Notes under the pieces: model-generated
What the model was told of the DNA's origin: nothing
Seen by the model: only the letters and a program-made list of their open reading frames with translations
The model's database searches: none
Shown here: in pieces, positions 61,364 to 64,000 of the stretch
Layout of the letters: each line of letters begins with the position of its first letter
Position numbering within the stretch: position 1 is the stretch's first letter
Assembly: GCA_973895155.1 (NCBI GenBank)
Contig: OZ316895.1
Span: 15,754,816 to 15,818,815 of the forward strand
DNA: 64,000 nt
DNA from: Marsupella aquatica
Lineage: Eukaryota; Plantae; Marchantiophyta
Direction: 5' to 3'
Position numbers and translations under genes: made by a program

Positions 61364-62714
61364 ATGGATCCAACAAAGTTTCGAAGTTCCAGCAAGCATG
61401 ACCCAGCCTATTTCACAACCAACACAGGGGCTCCAGTATGGAATAATAATGCATCACTTACAATTGGCACCAGCGGTCCCATTCTCTTGGAAGATTATCA
61501 ATTTATTGAGAAGATTGCACAATTTGACAGGGAGCGTATACCTGAGCGAGTTGTGCACGCACGTGGTGCCAGCGCCAAGGGAGTTTTTGAGGTGACCCAT
61601 GACATTACTCACCTGACATGATTGTGCTGATTTCTTACGGGCACCCGGCGTCCATACCCCTGCCATTGTCCGATTTTCCACTGTCACTCACGAGCGGGGT
61701 AGCCCCGAAGCACTTAGAGACCCTAGAGGATTTTCCATAAAGTTTTACACAAGGGAGGGTAACTTTGATTTTGTGGGTAATAATATGCCAGTGTTCTTCA
61801 TCTGTGACGGCATTAGCTTCCCGGATATGATCCATGCTTTTAAACCCAATCCAAAGACCCACCAACAAGAAATCTGGAGATCCTGGACTTCTTCTCGCAC
61901 CACCCTGAGTGCATGCATATGATGACTTTCCTTTTTGATGATGCTGGCATTCCGCTAAATTTACAGGCAAATTTTCTCTCCTTTGGCCCATAGAGGATAT
62001 AACAGTGCCACAAGCAATACCATTCATAAGAAGAATCAGACCAAGTACCTAGCTTGAGTGTGTGAAGAGAACTTGAGCTAAGTTAAATATAATCTAAATC
62101 ATAGTATAAAAGGATTATTCTGTAGGACTCTGGTCAATTTCCTCATTATGAAAGAAGGTTTCAAAATATCAGCCAGATTGGTTTGTCTAAAATATGTTAA
62201 GTTTTCCAACAATGTAGGGTCTTTCCTGCAACTTATTCTATGTGCAGCTTGTCAGTAGAGACAACTTTGTTAATATATACTACTAACTCAAAATGTGGGC
62301 AAAGTGACAAGAAAAAAACTCCTAATATAGAGTCATTTCCAGGGGATACTAATTGAGTCCTGGGCAATAAGTGTGACATTCCACATTATTAGTTAATAGT
62401 TTACAAGTATCAGGCCCGGCCCTTGTTGTTCTTTTTGGCATCGAGGGTGGGCTCTTAGGATCCATCCTCAATTGACCAACCTCAGGTGATTATCCAATTA
62501 ATCATGAATTGGGGCTTTCTTGGAGTCAACAGGCATATGGATGGTTTTGGAGTGCACACTTTTTCCCTAATTAACAAGGGAGGTAAAGTCACATTTGTGA
62601 AATTGCACTGGTTGACATCACAAGGGATAAAATACTTGACTCAAGAAGAAGCTGTGGTGGTGGGAGGCTCCAACCATAGTCATGCCACCAAAGATCTTAC
62701 AGATGCCATTGAAG
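61364..62714 (+). pseudogene. CAT: Catalase pseudogene, N-terminal half only in this window
   Basis: [10 protein letters not shown]...[12 protein letters not shown]...GPILLEDY...[20 protein letters not shown] (catalytic His); [13 protein letters not shown]; [12 protein letters not shown]; [10 protein letters not shown]. Lesions: 4-bp insertion with TGA at 61619, 1-bp deletion near 61880, probable 1-bp insertion near 61960. No downstream exons before the Bianca element. Confidence 0.92.
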
Positions 62715-63211
62715 GTTAGAGATCTGTACTCCAAATTTCTTGCTGGCTGCTTCAGTAGAGGAAAACAATGGAGCTTCTAATGATTAAATTATTGTTATCG
62801 GTCTAGTGAATAACAAATATATGTTGGTGTTCTATTGATTGGTTCATCTCAGCATAAAACAAATTCAGAGGCCCTGAATCTGTGTGACCAATTAATTACA
62901 TCAACCACTATAATACTCAACTAGCCAAAAAAATTCATTTCCTTTTACAAAATGATAAAAAGCGAGTTCCTGGCCCTTCATTAAAAAATGATGGTTTTGG
63001 CACCATCAGATCCACCCACAAATGTCCTTTCTCAAATGTCTACCCAAGCTGTCCAAATCCACCCAAACAGAATGAAAATATTTTTTCAGTTTTATTAAAA
63101 TAAAGATAAATTAATTAATTTTTTTTGCAATTTTGAATATACACAAAAATAAGAAATTTTATTAATTCATTTAAAAATAAAAAACAAGAGTAGGACAAAA
63201 ATACTCTCTCC

Positions 63212-64000
63212 TGTTGCATTACCGTGCTTGTGTGATAATGGAATGAGAATGAAATCTGAATAGCCATGAGTGGTGGTACATATAGTCATGTCTGGTGACC
63301 GGCTTAGGTCATCCGGCTAGAGGTAGAGTCTAACACTCCCCTTTGGATATATAGTAACAACTATATAGACAACATAGACTATACATATTATATCATGTTC
63401 ATAGAAAATACATGATATAAGTACAAGCGAGGTAGACTGCCTCATTAAAAAACCTTTATCAACTCTAGCTTAGTAAAAACTCTACCAGTGTAGCAGAGAA
63501 AAATATGAGTGCTAAAGGAAAAAGAGTGCAGCCTAATAGTCCTCGTCGTAATAAATGTCAATAGTGTATAAAGTTAGATGCTATAGTAAATCTAGCTTTA
63601 ACATCTGTTTCATCAGTCGGTCGTCAACAGCATGTCGTCAGCATCATCAAGTGTCATGTGGAGCAGTAGCCTCCACGGTCATCATGCGTCGCACGCTCCG
63701 TAGTCCAATCGCCTGGCAGTGTCGGTGGTGAACTGATGGCGATAGTGATTTGGTGAAGAGATCCGCACAGTTGTCTGCACTTGAAATCTGCAAAATGTTG
63801 ATCTCTTTTCCATGTAACTCGTGGGTGTAGAAAAATTTCGGAGCTATATGCTTCACGCGATCGCCTTTGATGAATCCTTTCGTGATCTGCTGTATACATG
63901 TTGCGTTATCCTAAAAAATGTTAGTAGGTTTTGTTAGTGGTGGTAGGCCGCATTTGGTGTTGATATGGTTTATAAAGGATCGTAACCAAACGGTTTCACG
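63212..64000 (-). mobile_element. 3' end of a Bianca-lineage Ty1/Copia element (RNase H, PPT, short ~124-bp LTR)
   Basis: Minus strand reads RETVWLRSF...PTNIF*DNATC...IKGDRVKHIAPKFFYTHEL...DNCADLFTKSL (KHIxPKFF is typical of Bianca). PPT AAAGGGGAG at 63336-63344 abuts the LTR start TGTTA at 63335. Probable LTR end is 63212 (TGTTG on +). Premature stop at 63911-63913. Confidence 0.88.

Noticed and set aside
62411-62460. caggcccggccc, a hAT-like TIR in the catalase intron
   Set aside because: No convincing partner TIR or TSD.
54333-62714. DJ-1 next to catalase as an oxidative-stress gene cluster
   Set aside because: Only two genes, one of them a pseudogene in TE-rich DNA. Adjacency alone is not evidence.

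Overview
Eukaryotic nuclear DNA from a land plant. The spliced GT-AG genes, Copia elements and MITEs fit a bryophyte or liverwort, but that assignment is inference. The window holds six apparently intact genes: TFIIS (+); a ~16-exon F-box/SirB1-like/TPR/YccV (FBXO21-like) gene (+); an atypical NLR-like STAND gene with helical N-terminus, NB-ARC, ARM repeats and TPRs and no LRR (+); a small secreted 8-Cys protein (-); the DEAD-box helicase DDX54/RH29 (-); and a two-domain DJ-1/PfpI gene (+). A frameshifted, truncated catalase pseudogene lies near the end. Mobile DNA includes a 7-kb Tnt1/Tork-like Copia element with CTGCA target-site duplication (TSD). It has an unusual three-LTR layout and a nested 296-bp MITE with an 8-bp TSD. 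There is also the 3' end of a Bianca-type Copia, several long-TIR foldback elements and many short tandem duplications. I recognised no rRNA, tRNA or CRISPR array. The best novelty candidates are the NB-ARC-ARM-TPR receptor with a degenerate MHD motif, the rearranged Copia, the FBXO21-like gene and the atypical 8-Cys protein. All calls come from reading the sequence by eye; no searches were run.
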